Source of the DNA: an uncultured Bacteroidales bacterium
Lineage (GTDB): Bacteria; Bacteroidota; Bacteroidia; Bacteroidales; Paludibacteraceae
DNA: 64,000 bases
Reading direction: 5' to 3'
Assembly: GCA_900321005.1 (NCBI GenBank)
Contig: ONUF01000015.1
Location: forward strand, 1,414-65,413
The stretch's first letter is position 1; each line of letters starts with the position of its first letter. Positions 19,280-29,000 of this stretch are shown here, in pieces. Under the pieces are notes generated by a model. That model did not search any database and was not told the DNA's origin. It saw nothing but the letters and a program-made list of their open reading frames with translations. The position numbers and the translations under genes were made by a program.

Positions 19280-20017
19280 TTAGAACATGAACACGAGTTT
19301 GAGTTCCGGAGAAACGAGGTAACGGCCGGTATAATTGGTGAACGTATTGCCTTCGACGATTTCCGTAGCAGCTATTTTCGCTTGCTGGAACTGCGCGGAC
19401 GCCACCACCGCAAGGGCGGATTTCTCGTTGATCTGATAGCGATAACCGAAGTCGATGCTTGCGTACAGACCGCCTTTGTAGGTCTTGCTCAGGGCGATAC
19501 CGTAGCCGAGCGCCATGCCGAATACCGGCGCATGCTTTTGCTCAAGAAGCGGCAGACGAAGGGCGACTTGAACCGGCAGGAAGTTATATTTCTCTGCGCC
19601 GATGAACATACCATGGTATCCAAGTCCGGCGCCCAGGAAGAGATGGCGTTGCCCGATATGATGGCTACCGACGAGGAAGTCCACACTGAAACCGCCGCCT
19701 ACGGCGCTGTTCGGGATACACGCGGCTCCGCCGCCCAGTTCGAGCGAGACGGACACTTTCTTGGCGGTTTTGATCTCGTCTTTCTGCTCTTCTACCACTA
19801 CTTCTTCCTCCACGGGATCGACGGTCAGGATCTCCTGAATCTCCGCGCGCGGATATTGGAAACGCGCACCTTCGGCATTACGGAGAACCACTACTTCCTC
19901 GTTTTGGAAGAGGATGTCGCCTTTCACGCGTGCGCCTGTACGCAATATTAATGTTTCCGCGTGCGCGCATAGTGCGCATGATAGAATCAGGGCAATAATG
20001 GTGAGTCGTTTCTTCAT
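19280..20017 (-). CDS. Hypothetical outer-membrane beta-barrel protein
   Basis: Signal peptide MKKRLTIIALILSCALCAHA, Gly/aromatic-rich alternating strands, and a C-terminal KLVFMF. Confidence 0.5.
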   Translation of the reverse strand: MKKRLTIIALILSCALCAHAETLILRTGARVKGDILFQNEEVVVLRNAEGARFQYPRAEIQEILTVDPVEEEVVVEEQKDEIKTAKKVSVSLELGGGAACIPNSAVGGGFSVDFLVGSHHIGQRHLFLGAGLGYHGMFIGAEKYNFLPVQVALRLPLLEQKHAPVFGMALGYGIALSKTYKGGLYASIDFGYRYQINEKSALAVVASAQFQQAKIAATEIVEGNTFTNYTGRYLVSPELKLVFMF

Positions 20018-20080
20018 ATCTCAAACTTTTGCGCTGCAAAAGTACAACAATTTTTCGACATACGCAAATTTTCGCGCATT

Positions 20081-21433
20081 TTATACCATCTCAAAGTCAA
20101 TTTGGCTGCGATTTACATCCACGCGGATGACTTGCACAGTGACGGAATCGCCCAGGACGAAGTCTTCGGGGTGCTCGATAAGTTCCATGCGGATGAGTCC
20201 TTCGCAGCGGTTGTCATCCAGTTGTACGAAGAATCCGAAGTCCATGATACCGGTGATATGTCCGACGAATGTCTCGCCCAGATGATCAGCCATCCACATC
20301 GTCTGGAACTGCTTGATCGAGTCGCGTTCGGCTTGTGCCGCTTCCTGCTCGCAAGCCGAGCAATGTTCGCATTTTTCCTCCAGTTCCTCGCGGGTAAGGG
20401 AACAGGGTTTGCCGGTAAGGATGTACTTCTCCACGAGGCGGTGAACCATTAGGTCGGGGTAGCGGCGGATAGGCGAAGTGAAGTGGGTGTAATGCGTAAA
20501 AGCGAGACCGTAGTGACCGATGTTATAGGTCGAGTAAACAGCTTTGGCTTGCGCTCTAATTGTCAGTAAATCAATCGTTTGCTGCGGGATGCGTGAACCC
20601 AAGCGCTTCTTGAATTTCTTCAGTTCATCGAGTTTCTCGTTGTCGGGCAGGTCGTGCACACGATAGACGAACGGGCGGCCCGAACCGACAGCTTTGGCGA
20701 CCGTTTTGTTGGCGAGCAGCATGAACTCTTCGATCAGGTGGTGGGCTTCGTTGGGATGCTCAAAATAGATGTCGGTCGGATGACCGTGCTCGTCGAGGCG
20801 AAAACGCACCTCATCCTGCTCGATCGCAAGCGCTCCGTTGGCCAATCGCTCTGCGCGGAGTTTGGAAGCAAGGGCATTTAAGGTAAGGATGACGGTAGAT
20901 AGCGAATTCGGAATACTCGGATTATTCGGATTACTCGGCTTTATCATCTCTTGTACCTCGTCGTAGTTGAGGCGGGCATCGGAGCGGATGACCGTGCGAC
21001 ATATTTTATATTTAAGAACGCGCGCGTCCGCGTCCATGGTAAAGATGACGGACATGCAGAGTTTGTCTTCTCCGGGCCGCAGCGAACAGAGGTCGTTGCA
21101 CAGTTCTTCGGGCAGCATCGGTATGACGCGGTCCACGAGATAAGTAGAAGTGCCGCGGCGGTAGGCCTCGTCGTCGATCTTCGTGCCGGGTTTGACATAG
21201 TGCGAGACATCGGCGATATGGATGCCTATTTGGTATTGCTGATTGATGATTGATGATTGATGATTGTCATCTTCTTCGACCACAGCAAACGACAGGGCGT
21301 CGTCGAAGTCCTTGGCATCGGCGGGATCGATGGTAAAGGTGAAGATGTCGCGCATGTCACGCCGGCGGAGTATTTCTTGTTCGGATATCATGTTTTGTCT
21401 GATTTGTGAAGTAGGATTTCTGATTTCTGACAA
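20081..21433 (-). CDS. RNase II/R-family 3'-5' exoribonuclease, short form (RNB + S1 only)
   Basis: FTIDPADAKDFDDALS, HYGLAFTHYTHFTSPIRRYPDL and a C-terminal S1 (GHITGIMDFGFFVQL). At 450 aa it has no N-terminal cold-shock domains. Confidence 0.8.
   Translation of the reverse strand: MSEIRNPTSQIRQNMISEQEILRRRDMRDIFTFTIDPADAKDFDDALSFAVVEEDDNHQSSIINQQYQIGIHIADVSHYVKPGTKIDDEAYRRGTSTYLVDRVIPMLPEELCNDLCSLRPGEDKLCMSVIFTMDADARVLKYKICRTVIRSDARLNYDEVQEMIKPSNPNNPSIPNSLSTVILTLNALASKLRAERLANGALAIEQDEVRFRLDEHGHPTDIYFEHPNEAHHLIEEFMLLANKTVAKAVGSGRPFVYRVHDLPDNEKLDELKKFKKRLGSRIPQQTIDLLTIRAQAKAVYSTYNIGHYGLAFTHYTHFTSPIRRYPDLMVHRLVEKYILTGKPCSLTREELEEKCEHCSACEQEAAQAERDSIKQFQTMWMADHLGETFVGHITGIMDFGFFVQLDDNRCEGLIRMELIEHPEDFVLGDSVTVQVIRVDVNRSQIDFEMV
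20905..20938 (-). repeat. 9-nt tandem repeat inside the RNase CDS (PSNPNNPSIPN)
   Basis: aattcgg aatactcgg attattcgg attactcgg. Confidence 0.85.
21234..21268 (-). repeat. Heptamer array GATTGAT x4-5 inside the RNase CDS
   Basis: tattgct gattgat gattgat gattgat gattgtc. The coding strand ATCAATC has no stop in any frame and encodes DNHQSSIINQQ. Confidence 0.9.
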
Positions 21434-21503
21434 CTACAGTACACAAAATCATAAAATCGGGTGCAAAATTACCAAAATTCTTGCACATATGCAAAAAAAT
21501 GCG

Positions 21504-21511
21504 TACCTTTG
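21504..21511 (+). promoter_or_regulatory. -7 box TACCTTTG for glgP
   Basis: gcgTACCTTTGcgcgctttttt, 59 nt upstream of the ATG at 21570. Confidence 0.6.
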
Positions 21512-21569
21512 CGCGCTTTTTTGTGTGAAAAGCCTAAAAATAGAATAAAAATAACAAACAAAATATCTT

Positions 21570-24131
21570 ATGAAAATTAAAGTAAGTAATGTAAACCAGC
21601 CTACCTGGACGGAGTGCAACGTGCACGCTAATCTGCCGGTAGAGCTGAGCAAACTGCAAGAGATTGCATACAACCTTTGGTGGTGCTGGAACGGCGATGC
21701 AAAGGATCTTTTCCGCTACATCGACCTGGATGCATGGCACCGCGCCGGTTCTAACCCGATCGTGCTGATGAATACCATCAGTTATGACCGCATGGTAGAG
21801 CTCACCAAAGACGAGAAATTCATGAAGCAGCTGAACGAGACTTATGCCGAGTTCCGCGCCTACATGGACAAGCCGAAAGACAAGAAAAAACCGACGATTG
21901 CGTACTTCTCGATGGAGTACGGATTGACCCATATTCTGAAGATTTATTCGGGTGGTCTGGGTATCCTCGCCGGCGATTATATCAAAGAGGCTTCGGACTG
22001 CAACGTCGATATGACGGCTATCGGTTTCCTCTACCGTTACGGTTATTTCACCCAGACGCTGAGTCCGGAAGGCCAGCAGATCGCCAACTACGAGGCGCAG
22101 AACTTCAGCAACCTGCCTATCTCGCAGGTGAAAGAGGCGGACGGCTCGAACATGGTGATCGAGGTTCCGTATCCGGGTCGCACGGTGAAGGCTTACCTCT
22201 GGAAAGTAGCGGTAGGACGTATGAACCTGTATCTTTTAGATACAGACAACGAGTTGAACAGCGAGTGGGACCGCTCGATCACGCACCAGCTTTACGGCGG
22301 TGACAACGAGAACCGTCTCAAGCAAGAGATCCTGCTCGGTATCGGCGGTATGCTGGCACTGAAGAAACTCGGCATCAAGAAAGATGTATATCATTGCAAC
22401 GAGGGTCACGCAGCCTTGATGGGTCTGCAGCGCCTCGTGGATCTGGTTCAAGAAGGTCTGACCTTCAACCAGGCAAAAGAGGTGGTTCGCGCGAGCGGAC
22501 TCTACACCTGCCATACTCCGGTTCCCGCAGGTCACGACTATTTCGAGGAGGATATTTTCTACAAATACATGAGTGAATATGCCGGCAAACTCGGTATCGA
22601 ATGGCACGACTTGATCGGTCTGGGTCGTACGAATCCGGAGGACAACGGCGAGAAGTTCTCGATGTCCGTCTTCGCGCTCAATACCTGCCAAGAGGCAAAC
22701 GGCGTGAGCTGGTTGCACGGCGAGGTAAGCAAGAAGATGTTCGCGCCGGTATGGCCGGGATATTATCCCGAAGAGCTGCATGTAGATTATGTCACCAACG
22801 GCGTACACATGCCGACTTGGGCGGCTTCCGAGTGGAAGAATATCTACAAGAAATACCTGCCGAAAGAGTGGATCAACGACCAGTCGAATCTTGAGATGTG
22901 GAAGCCGTACGCAGATATTCCCGATGAGATCATCTGGAACGCGCGTATGAGCCTGAAGCGCAAGATGATGGATTATATCAAGGAGCAGTTCAAAGAGGAC
23001 TGGATGAAGAACCAGGGTGATCCGGGTCGTATCATTCAGGCGTTGAGCGAGATGAATCCTGCTCACCTGATCATCGGTTTCGGTCGCCGTTTCGCGACCT
23101 ACAAACGCGCTCACCTGCTGTTCACGGACCTCGAGCGTCTGGACAAGTTGGTGAACAACCCGAACTATCCGGTACAGTTCCTGTTCACCGGTAAGGCACA
23201 CCCCGCTGACGGCGGCGGTCAAGGCCTCATCAAGCGTATCATCGAGATCAGCCGTATGCCGCAGTTCCTCGGTAAGATCATCTTCCTCGAGAACTACGAT
23301 ATGCGTCTGGCGAAGCGTTTGATCTCCGGTGTGGATATCTGGCTGAACACCCCGACCCGTCCGTTGGAGGCATCGGGTACGTCGGGCGAGAAAGCGCAGA
23401 TGAACGGCGTGCTGAATTTCTCCGTCAAAGACGGTTGGTGGTACGAAGGATACGTAGAGAAAGCCGGTTGGTACCTGACCGAGAAGCGCACCTACGAGAA
23501 CCAAGCGCACCAGGATCAGCTGGACGCAGCAACGATCTATTCGCTGCTCGAGCGCGACATCATTCCGCTGTACTACGCAAAGAACAGCAAGGGCTACAGC
23601 CCCGAGTGGATTCAGTATATCAAGAACTCCGTAACGAAGATCACTCCGCGCTTCACGATGAAGCGAATGATCGACGATTATTTCGCAAAGTTCTACAACA
23701 AACTCGCGAAGCGTCACAACCTGCTGCAGGCAGACAACTTCAAGGTAGCGAAAGAGATCGCCGCTTGGAAGGAGAATATGGTGGATCACTGGGACGAGAT
23801 CGAGGTAGTGAAGGTAGAAGGACCGGGTGAGCTGCTCCAGAACCTGAATGTAGGTGACAAGTTCAAAGTATCCGTTGAATTGGATACCAAAGGCTTGAAC
23901 GACAAGGGTATCGGCGTAGAGCTCGTAGCCATCCGTACTTCGACCCACAACAACGACAAACTCTACGAAGTAGAGCCGCTGAAGTTGGTGAAGAGCGAAG
24001 GCAGCCATTTGTTCTTTGAGAACGTCTATCAGCTCGACTATGCCGGCGGTATGAAATTCGGACTGCGTATGTATCCGCAGAACGAGCTTCTCCCGCACCG
24101 CATGGACTTCTGCTACGTTCGCTGGATTTGA
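21570..24131 (+). CDS. glgP: Alpha-glucan (glycogen) phosphorylase, GT35
   Basis: 853 aa with a DUF3417-type N-terminus, GGLGILAGD and the TGKAHP...EASGTSGEKA pyridoxal-phosphate region. Confidence 0.88.
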   Translation: MKIKVSNVNQPTWTECNVHANLPVELSKLQEIAYNLWWCWNGDAKDLFRYIDLDAWHRAGSNPIVLMNTISYDRMVELTKDEKFMKQLNETYAEFRAYMDKPKDKKKPTIAYFSMEYGLTHILKIYSGGLGILAGDYIKEASDCNVDMTAIGFLYRYGYFTQTLSPEGQQIANYEAQNFSNLPISQVKEADGSNMVIEVPYPGRTVKAYLWKVAVGRMNLYLLDTDNELNSEWDRSITHQLYGGDNENRLKQEILLGIGGMLALKKLGIKKDVYHCNEGHAALMGLQRLVDLVQEGLTFNQAKEVVRASGLYTCHTPVPAGHDYFEEDIFYKYMSEYAGKLGIEWHDLIGLGRTNPEDNGEKFSMSVFALNTCQEANGVSWLHGEVSKKMFAPVWPGYYPEELHVDYVTNGVHMPTWAASEWKNIYKKYLPKEWINDQSNLEMWKPYADIPDEIIWNARMSLKRKMMDYIKEQFKEDWMKNQGDPGRIIQALSEMNPAHLIIGFGRRFATYKRAHLLFTDLERLDKLVNNPNYPVQFLFTGKAHPADGGGQGLIKRIIEISRMPQFLGKIIFLENYDMRLAKRLISGVDIWLNTPTRPLEASGTSGEKAQMNGVLNFSVKDGWWYEGYVEKAGWYLTEKRTYENQAHQDQLDAATIYSLLERDIIPLYYAKNSKGYSPEWIQYIKNSVTKITPRFTMKRMIDDYFAKFYNKLAKRHNLLQADNFKVAKEIAAWKENMVDHWDEIEVVKVEGPGELLQNLNVGDKFKVSVELDTKGLNDKGIGVELVAIRTSTHNNDKLYEVEPLKLVKSEGSHLFFENVYQLDYAGGMKFGLRMYPQNELLPHRMDFCYVRWI

Positions 24132-24132
24132 T

Positions 24133-24167
24133 AAGTAATCAGTGATCAGTAATCAGTAATCAGATTG
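24133..24167 (+). repeat. Heptamer array CAGTRAT x5 directly after the glgP stop
   Basis: aagtaat cagtgat cagtaat cagtaat cagattg. Confidence 0.92.
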
Positions 24168-24177
24168 CTGATTTCCA

Positions 24178-24212
24178 AGAGAGAGATTTTCGAAAGGGAG
24201 TCTCTCTTTTTT
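24178..24212 (+). terminator. Rho-independent terminator of glgP
   Basis: agagagaga...tctctct stem followed by tttttt. Confidence 0.7.
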
Positions 24213-24287
24213 ATGCGGTTTTGGTTGCAAAATGTAGAAAAATTATGTTTTTCTGCGGAAAAATTTGTGGGTACGAAATAATTTTTG

Positions 24288-24295
24288 TACCTTTG
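24288..24295 (+). promoter_or_regulatory. -7 box TACCTTTG for the HEPN/NTase pair
   Basis: ttttgTACCTTTGcgccc, 84 nt upstream of the ATG at 24379. Confidence 0.55.
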
Positions 24296-24378
24296 CGCCC
24301 AAATCTGTTGTGCGCACATATGTATGACGTGTATATACGTGTGTATGAGGGAGAAAAAAGAAAAGCAAGAAGTACATT

Positions 24379-24771
24379 ATGACTCAGGAAGAGAAAGTTA
24401 AATATTGGTTGGACATTGCCGAGTATGATTTAGAGACGGCGGAGGCGATGTATGTTACAAGACGATGGTTGTATGTGGCATTCATGTGTCACCAAGTGAT
24501 TGAAAAGACACTTAAGGCTTATTGGTCGGCGAAAAGAGAAGACATCCCTCCATATATTCACAACCATAAGCGCTTAGCAGAAGGATGTGGTTTGTATGAA
24601 TTATTGGACGAAGATCAAAAAGATTTTATTGACACCATCTCAACCTTTAACATCCAGGCGCGTTACCCGGAATATAAAGCCCAATTGGCGCAAGTACTGA
24701 CAGAATCAACATGTCGACACATCATAGATAAAACTAAAGAATTACAACAATGGATAAAGCAGAAGCTATAA
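24379..24771 (+). CDS. HEPN domain protein
   Basis: 130 aa, all-helical. AFMCHQVIEKTLKAYW and the C-terminal ARYPEY motif are typical of PF05168-type HEPN. Confidence 0.72.
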   Translation: MTQEEKVKYWLDIAEYDLETAEAMYVTRRWLYVAFMCHQVIEKTLKAYWSAKREDIPPYIHNHKRLAEGCGLYELLDEDQKDFIDTISTFNIQARYPEYKAQLAQVLTESTCRHIIDKTKELQQWIKQKL

Positions 24772-25049
24772 AACTGGTCAAGCAGTACAAGGAAGTTATT
24801 ATGCCGCGTTTCAACGATAAGGCGCGAGTGTACTTGTATGGCTCGTACAGCAAGGGGAATCAACGTCCAGAAAGCGACATTGATGTAGCCGTTGTTGTTC
24901 CGTCTGTTGGAGATAACTGGTTTGCCTATACAAAGGGGTTGTGGCGTGATGTAGATAAGGTAAGTTTGCTGATAGAACCGGTATTGCTTGAGGAGGCACA
25001 TCCGTCTCCGTTATATGACGATGTGATGCGAACAGGCATTGCCATTTGA
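24750..25049 (+). CDS. Minimal nucleotidyltransferase (MNT) domain protein
   Basis: LYGSYSKGNQRPESDIDVAVVV matches the GSxxxG...SDxD polymerase-beta NTase motif. It overlaps the HEPN gene by 22 nt. Confidence 0.75.
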   Translation: MDKAEAIKLVKQYKEVIMPRFNDKARVYLYGSYSKGNQRPESDIDVAVVVPSVGDNWFAYTKGLWRDVDKVSLLIEPVLLEEAHPSPLYDDVMRTGIAI

Positions 25050-25440
25050 CGGCGAAGAATAAGATAAAAAGAGAAGAGAGAGATGAGTGGGAGTTTGCCA
25101 CTTTGCCACTTTGCCACTTTGCCGAAGCAAATTTTTGAAAGTATCAAAGTATCAAAGTTTCACGACAAAAATTCAAAAAGAGCGACACAGCGACACTGCG
25201 ACACGGAGAAAATTCAAAAGAGATGAGACGTAGTTATTAGGATGAGATTAGGACGATATAAGGACTAAAGTCTAGGATTACCAGGTAAAAGGAAGGTAGT
25301 TGACAGGAGAATGAAAGGTAAATGACCTAAGGTAGACGGAAAGGGGACAACGAACCAATATCCAAGGAATAACGAACGAATAACTAACGGGCAGAAGCAC
25401 GGAGGAAGCAAAAAAAGACGGTTACAACTTGTGACCAACT
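25050..25440 (+). repeat. Purine-rich non-coding stretch built from a patchwork of short tandem repeats
   Basis: tttgccac x3.5 (25094-25125), agtatcaa x2, agcgacac x3, a repeated aaaattcaaaa(a)gag, and gatgaga-type units. The plus strand looks strongly A+G-rich by eye. Confidence 0.8.
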
Positions 25441-25458
25441 GAACGAATATAAACACCG

Positions 25459-25629
25459 ATGATTGCAGATGAGCAGAAGATGAATGAAATTATGGCATAC
25501 ATTGAGTACATCAAGTTGCGTCCCGTTCATCCGCAGATTACAATGGAAGAACTTGAAGCAAACGGCATGCCCTTAGATCAGGCTATGAACCAACTGCGCG
25601 AGAAGGCACGCAAATTCTATCAGGCATGA
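25459..25629 (+). CDS. Small helical protein (56 aa), candidate antitoxin of cassette 1
   Basis: Below the ORF-track cutoff. MIADEQKMNEIMAYIEYIKLRPVHPQITMEELEANGMPLDQAMNQLREKARKFYQA. Its stop overlaps the next ATG (GCATGA). Confidence 0.5.
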   Translation: MIADEQKMNEIMAYIEYIKLRPVHPQITMEELEANGMPLDQAMNQLREKARKFYQA

Positions 25630-25952
25630 AAGTATATATCGACAAGGTGGTATATCAAGTGCTAGATGAGTTCTACGACGCCAGCATGCGAAATCATATT
25701 ACTCTTGATTACCCAACGGTAATTGCTAAGATTGACAGACTGGAGCAAGCAATGTATGATTTTGCTTCCGAAGCGGACAAAGTGAATCATGTGCCTTATA
25801 GAAAAGATTGGCAGGCAGCAGGATATCGCGAGTTATACGTGGAGCATTTTCATTTTGCATACAAAGTATATAGCTTACCTACCGGCGAAACAGTACTCTA
25901 CTACCATGATGCCGTGCATGACACGCTAAACTATAACCCGGAAGATAAATAA
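25626..25952 (+). CDS. ParE/RelE-like toxin-fold protein (108 aa), cassette 1
   Basis: An N-terminal helical hairpin followed by YRELYVEHFHFAYKVYSLPTGETVLYYHDAVH, which fits the RelE/ParE beta-sheet pattern. It is a paralog of 34228-34548. Confidence 0.5.
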   Translation: MKVYIDKVVYQVLDEFYDASMRNHITLDYPTVIAKIDRLEQAMYDFASEADKVNHVPYRKDWQAAGYRELYVEHFHFAYKVYSLPTGETVLYYHDAVHDTLNYNPEDK

Positions 25953-25987
25953 CCTCAAAAAAGGAACAAGTGAAATAATTTATCTAT

Positions 25988-26040
25988 CGAGAATGGACCG
26001 AAGTTGGACCGAGAATGGACCGAAGTTAAATCGAGATTAA
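25988..26040 (+). repeat. 22-nt tandem repeat x2.4 upstream of the giant gene
   Basis: cgagaatggaccgaagttggac cgagaatggaccgaagttaaat cgagattaa. Confidence 0.9.
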
Positions 26041-26099
26041 CCCGTACATATCACGGAAAAACATTAACCAACGCAAATAATTAAATACAAAAAAATATT

Positions 26100-29000
26100 A
26101 TGAAAATTTTTAACTTAATCAAAAGGCTATGGACAGATAGCCATGAGAAACAATCACCGCAGCGGTTTGGACGGTATGCGGCAATGCTAATCATGCTCCT
26201 CACCCTCGGTGTCGGACAGATGTGGGCGAATGGAGACATTTATGGTTGTTGGTTCTCCTACTCCTATAGCGGAACAACAGGAGACAACAATGATTATAAC
26301 ACTTCCGGCGACAAAGACAAAGATTTAGGAACACTAACAGCCGATTTGATAGTAACATCCGTTTATCTTAAAATTTGGGATGATCAATCTGGCAGTCGCG
26401 CATGGACAAATGGTCAACTTTGTTATACTACGGACAATTGGGCTAACACCTCTTATGTCGGCAGCAATAATTGGACATTAGGAAGTAAGTCTGGAAATAA
26501 CTATCAATTAGAGAAAAGTAGCACAAGTTGGACACTCGCCAGCGCTACTGGCGCTTCTGGAAGTTATACTTTGAAATATTATTGGCAAGTATGGGGAGGT
26601 GGAGATAAATATCTTAATAATGGTGGTTCTAATTATTCTTTCACATACAAAGTTGCACCTCCGGCGGTTAGTGGATTCACAATCACACCTTCTGGTGAAG
26701 GCTATGTCAGCGGTTCTGGTACATCGGGAGACCCCTATATCATACACCGTTCTTCGGGTAATTTAACGCTTACAATTTCCGGATCTCAGGCACATACTGA
26801 TGCCAATTCAGTAGCAGAATATTCTGTAGATGGAGGCTCAACATGGTCTACATCCGTAGATTACGTTACTATCAACCGTGCTTTTGCTTCTACTACCGCC
26901 AAAAGCAAAACACTTAAAATGCGATATAAGAACTCAACTGCCAGTTTGACAGGTACAGAGAGCTCTTTTACAGCATATTATAAGTTAGAAGCAGGCTATA
27001 CTATTACTAAATGGGGAACTACAACCGGTGGTTCATACACCGTTCCTTCATCGGCCGGAGCTGTATCGGGTGGCACAGTAAGTGCAAGTCCAAGTACCGG
27101 TTATAATTTTGGTAGTTGGTCTGTAACATCTGGTTCCGGAACTTGGGAGAATAGTACATCAACTGCTAGCAATAAGTTTTACCCCACAAGTAATTCTACA
27201 TTAAAGGCCACCTTTACTGCCAAAAATTACACCGTTACGTTAGATAAAAACGATGGAGATTCGAATGGATCAATACGGACGACATATAATTCCACCTCGA
27301 CATCTTCTTTTACAGGTGCGTCACGTGTGGGCTACTCCTGCGACGGATATTTTACTGCATCTGATGGAGGAACCAAAATTATTAACGCGGATGGAACGTT
27401 AGTTAATGAAACCGTTTCCGGTTGGTTGAGTTCCGGTAAATGGGTAAAAAACGCAGCAACCATCACCCTTTATGCACATTGGATAGAAAATGCAACCAAT
27501 TATACGCTCCACTATACATACGGAACAGGTTTATCATCACTCTTTTCTTCAATAAGCGCAGTCAATTCCTCAGATGCATCTGCCATTAGCGACAATGCAT
27601 CATTGGTATCGGGAACAGGTGTCACCCTTACGGCCACACCTGCTACCCACTACAGATTTGATGGATGGTATAGTGCAGCAGGATGCGCAGCCAATACGCT
27701 GGTATCGACTAACAACCCTTATAGCTTCACCATGGATGACGACATCAATCTGTATGCTAAAGCAGTATTAATGACGACTACTATCACGCTTGATGCAAAC
27801 GGTGGTGCGGGTGGAACCTCGTCTGTTACAGCAACACATGGTAGTAACTCTTTATCTTCTTCCATTACCAAGCCGACCCGTACCGGTTATACTCTTTCTG
27901 GATGGTACACAGAGGAAAGCGGAGGAACACAAGTTATCTTGTCCTCCGGATATACTAAAGGAAGTGTTTCCGGCTACACAGATGCCAGCGGTAATTGGAC
28001 ATATACAGAAAGCACTCTTACGCTTTATGCTCACTGGACAGAGCAGAAAAAAACTCTTACACCGACGGTAAATTATAATGGAGGAGCGACTCCAAGTCCT
28101 GCATACACAGCGACATCAGCTAACACCGTCGGTGTTGCCACGACCACTGTACTGACGGCCTCAGAACCAAATGCAGAGCATTACACATTTGCAGGTTGGA
28201 CACTTACGAACCTGACAGTAACAAGTGGGAATGCTGCTACTGACCGCATTATTACGGTTAAGATAACCGATTATTCACAAGCTATTTCGGCTGTAGCAAA
28301 TTATACGGAGGTACTGACCAGCCGTTGGCACTTGGTGGGTGAGAGTTCTGACTTCCCTGATGGTTGGAATGTCAATTCGACCACGATGATGCAGAAAAAG
28401 ACAGGTCACTCGACAGAAGACGCTGTTTATTTTACGGTGGACGTAAACTCTACGGATGCTAAAGAATTCAAAATTGTGGATGACAATGGTGCAAGTGCTG
28501 ATATATGGTATGGCTATAGCAATGAAGCTCAGTACCAGCGCAATTGGACTAGCACAAACACTTATACCATATATAGTGGGTCTGGTAATGGTCAAAACTT
28601 AAAATATACTCCTACCGTAGTAGGTCCATATGAGTTTAAAGTTGACTATTCTGATGCAGACAATGTAGCTGTAACTGTTACATTCCCGACATCGTACACG
28701 CTGACCTATGACATCGGTACGGTAAAGGGTAACAACGGTAGTATTTCTACCAGCCCATCCACATCAAGCGGAAGTAAGGTACTAAGCGGCACTGATGTTA
28801 CTCTTACTGGTCCTGCTGCTGCAGCAGGTTATACCTGGAAAGGTTGGTACACGAACGCAGGCGGCACAACAGGTCACATTGAAGACGACACCCGCGCTAT
28901 CACGGTAACCATGAATGCCGACAAGACGCTGTATGCTTGCTATACGGAGAACAACTACACCGTTACTGTCAATGCAGGAGCTGGCGGTAGTGTAGCTTCC

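Noticed and set aside
25265-25456. 63-aa minus-strand ORF in the purine-rich repeat patchwork, and the 61-aa ORF 34597-34782 inside hairpin element A.
   Set aside because: Both lie entirely in repeat or structured DNA. The first translates to a Phe/Leu/Pro pyrimidine-run artefact. Neither has a promoter box or a plausible start context.
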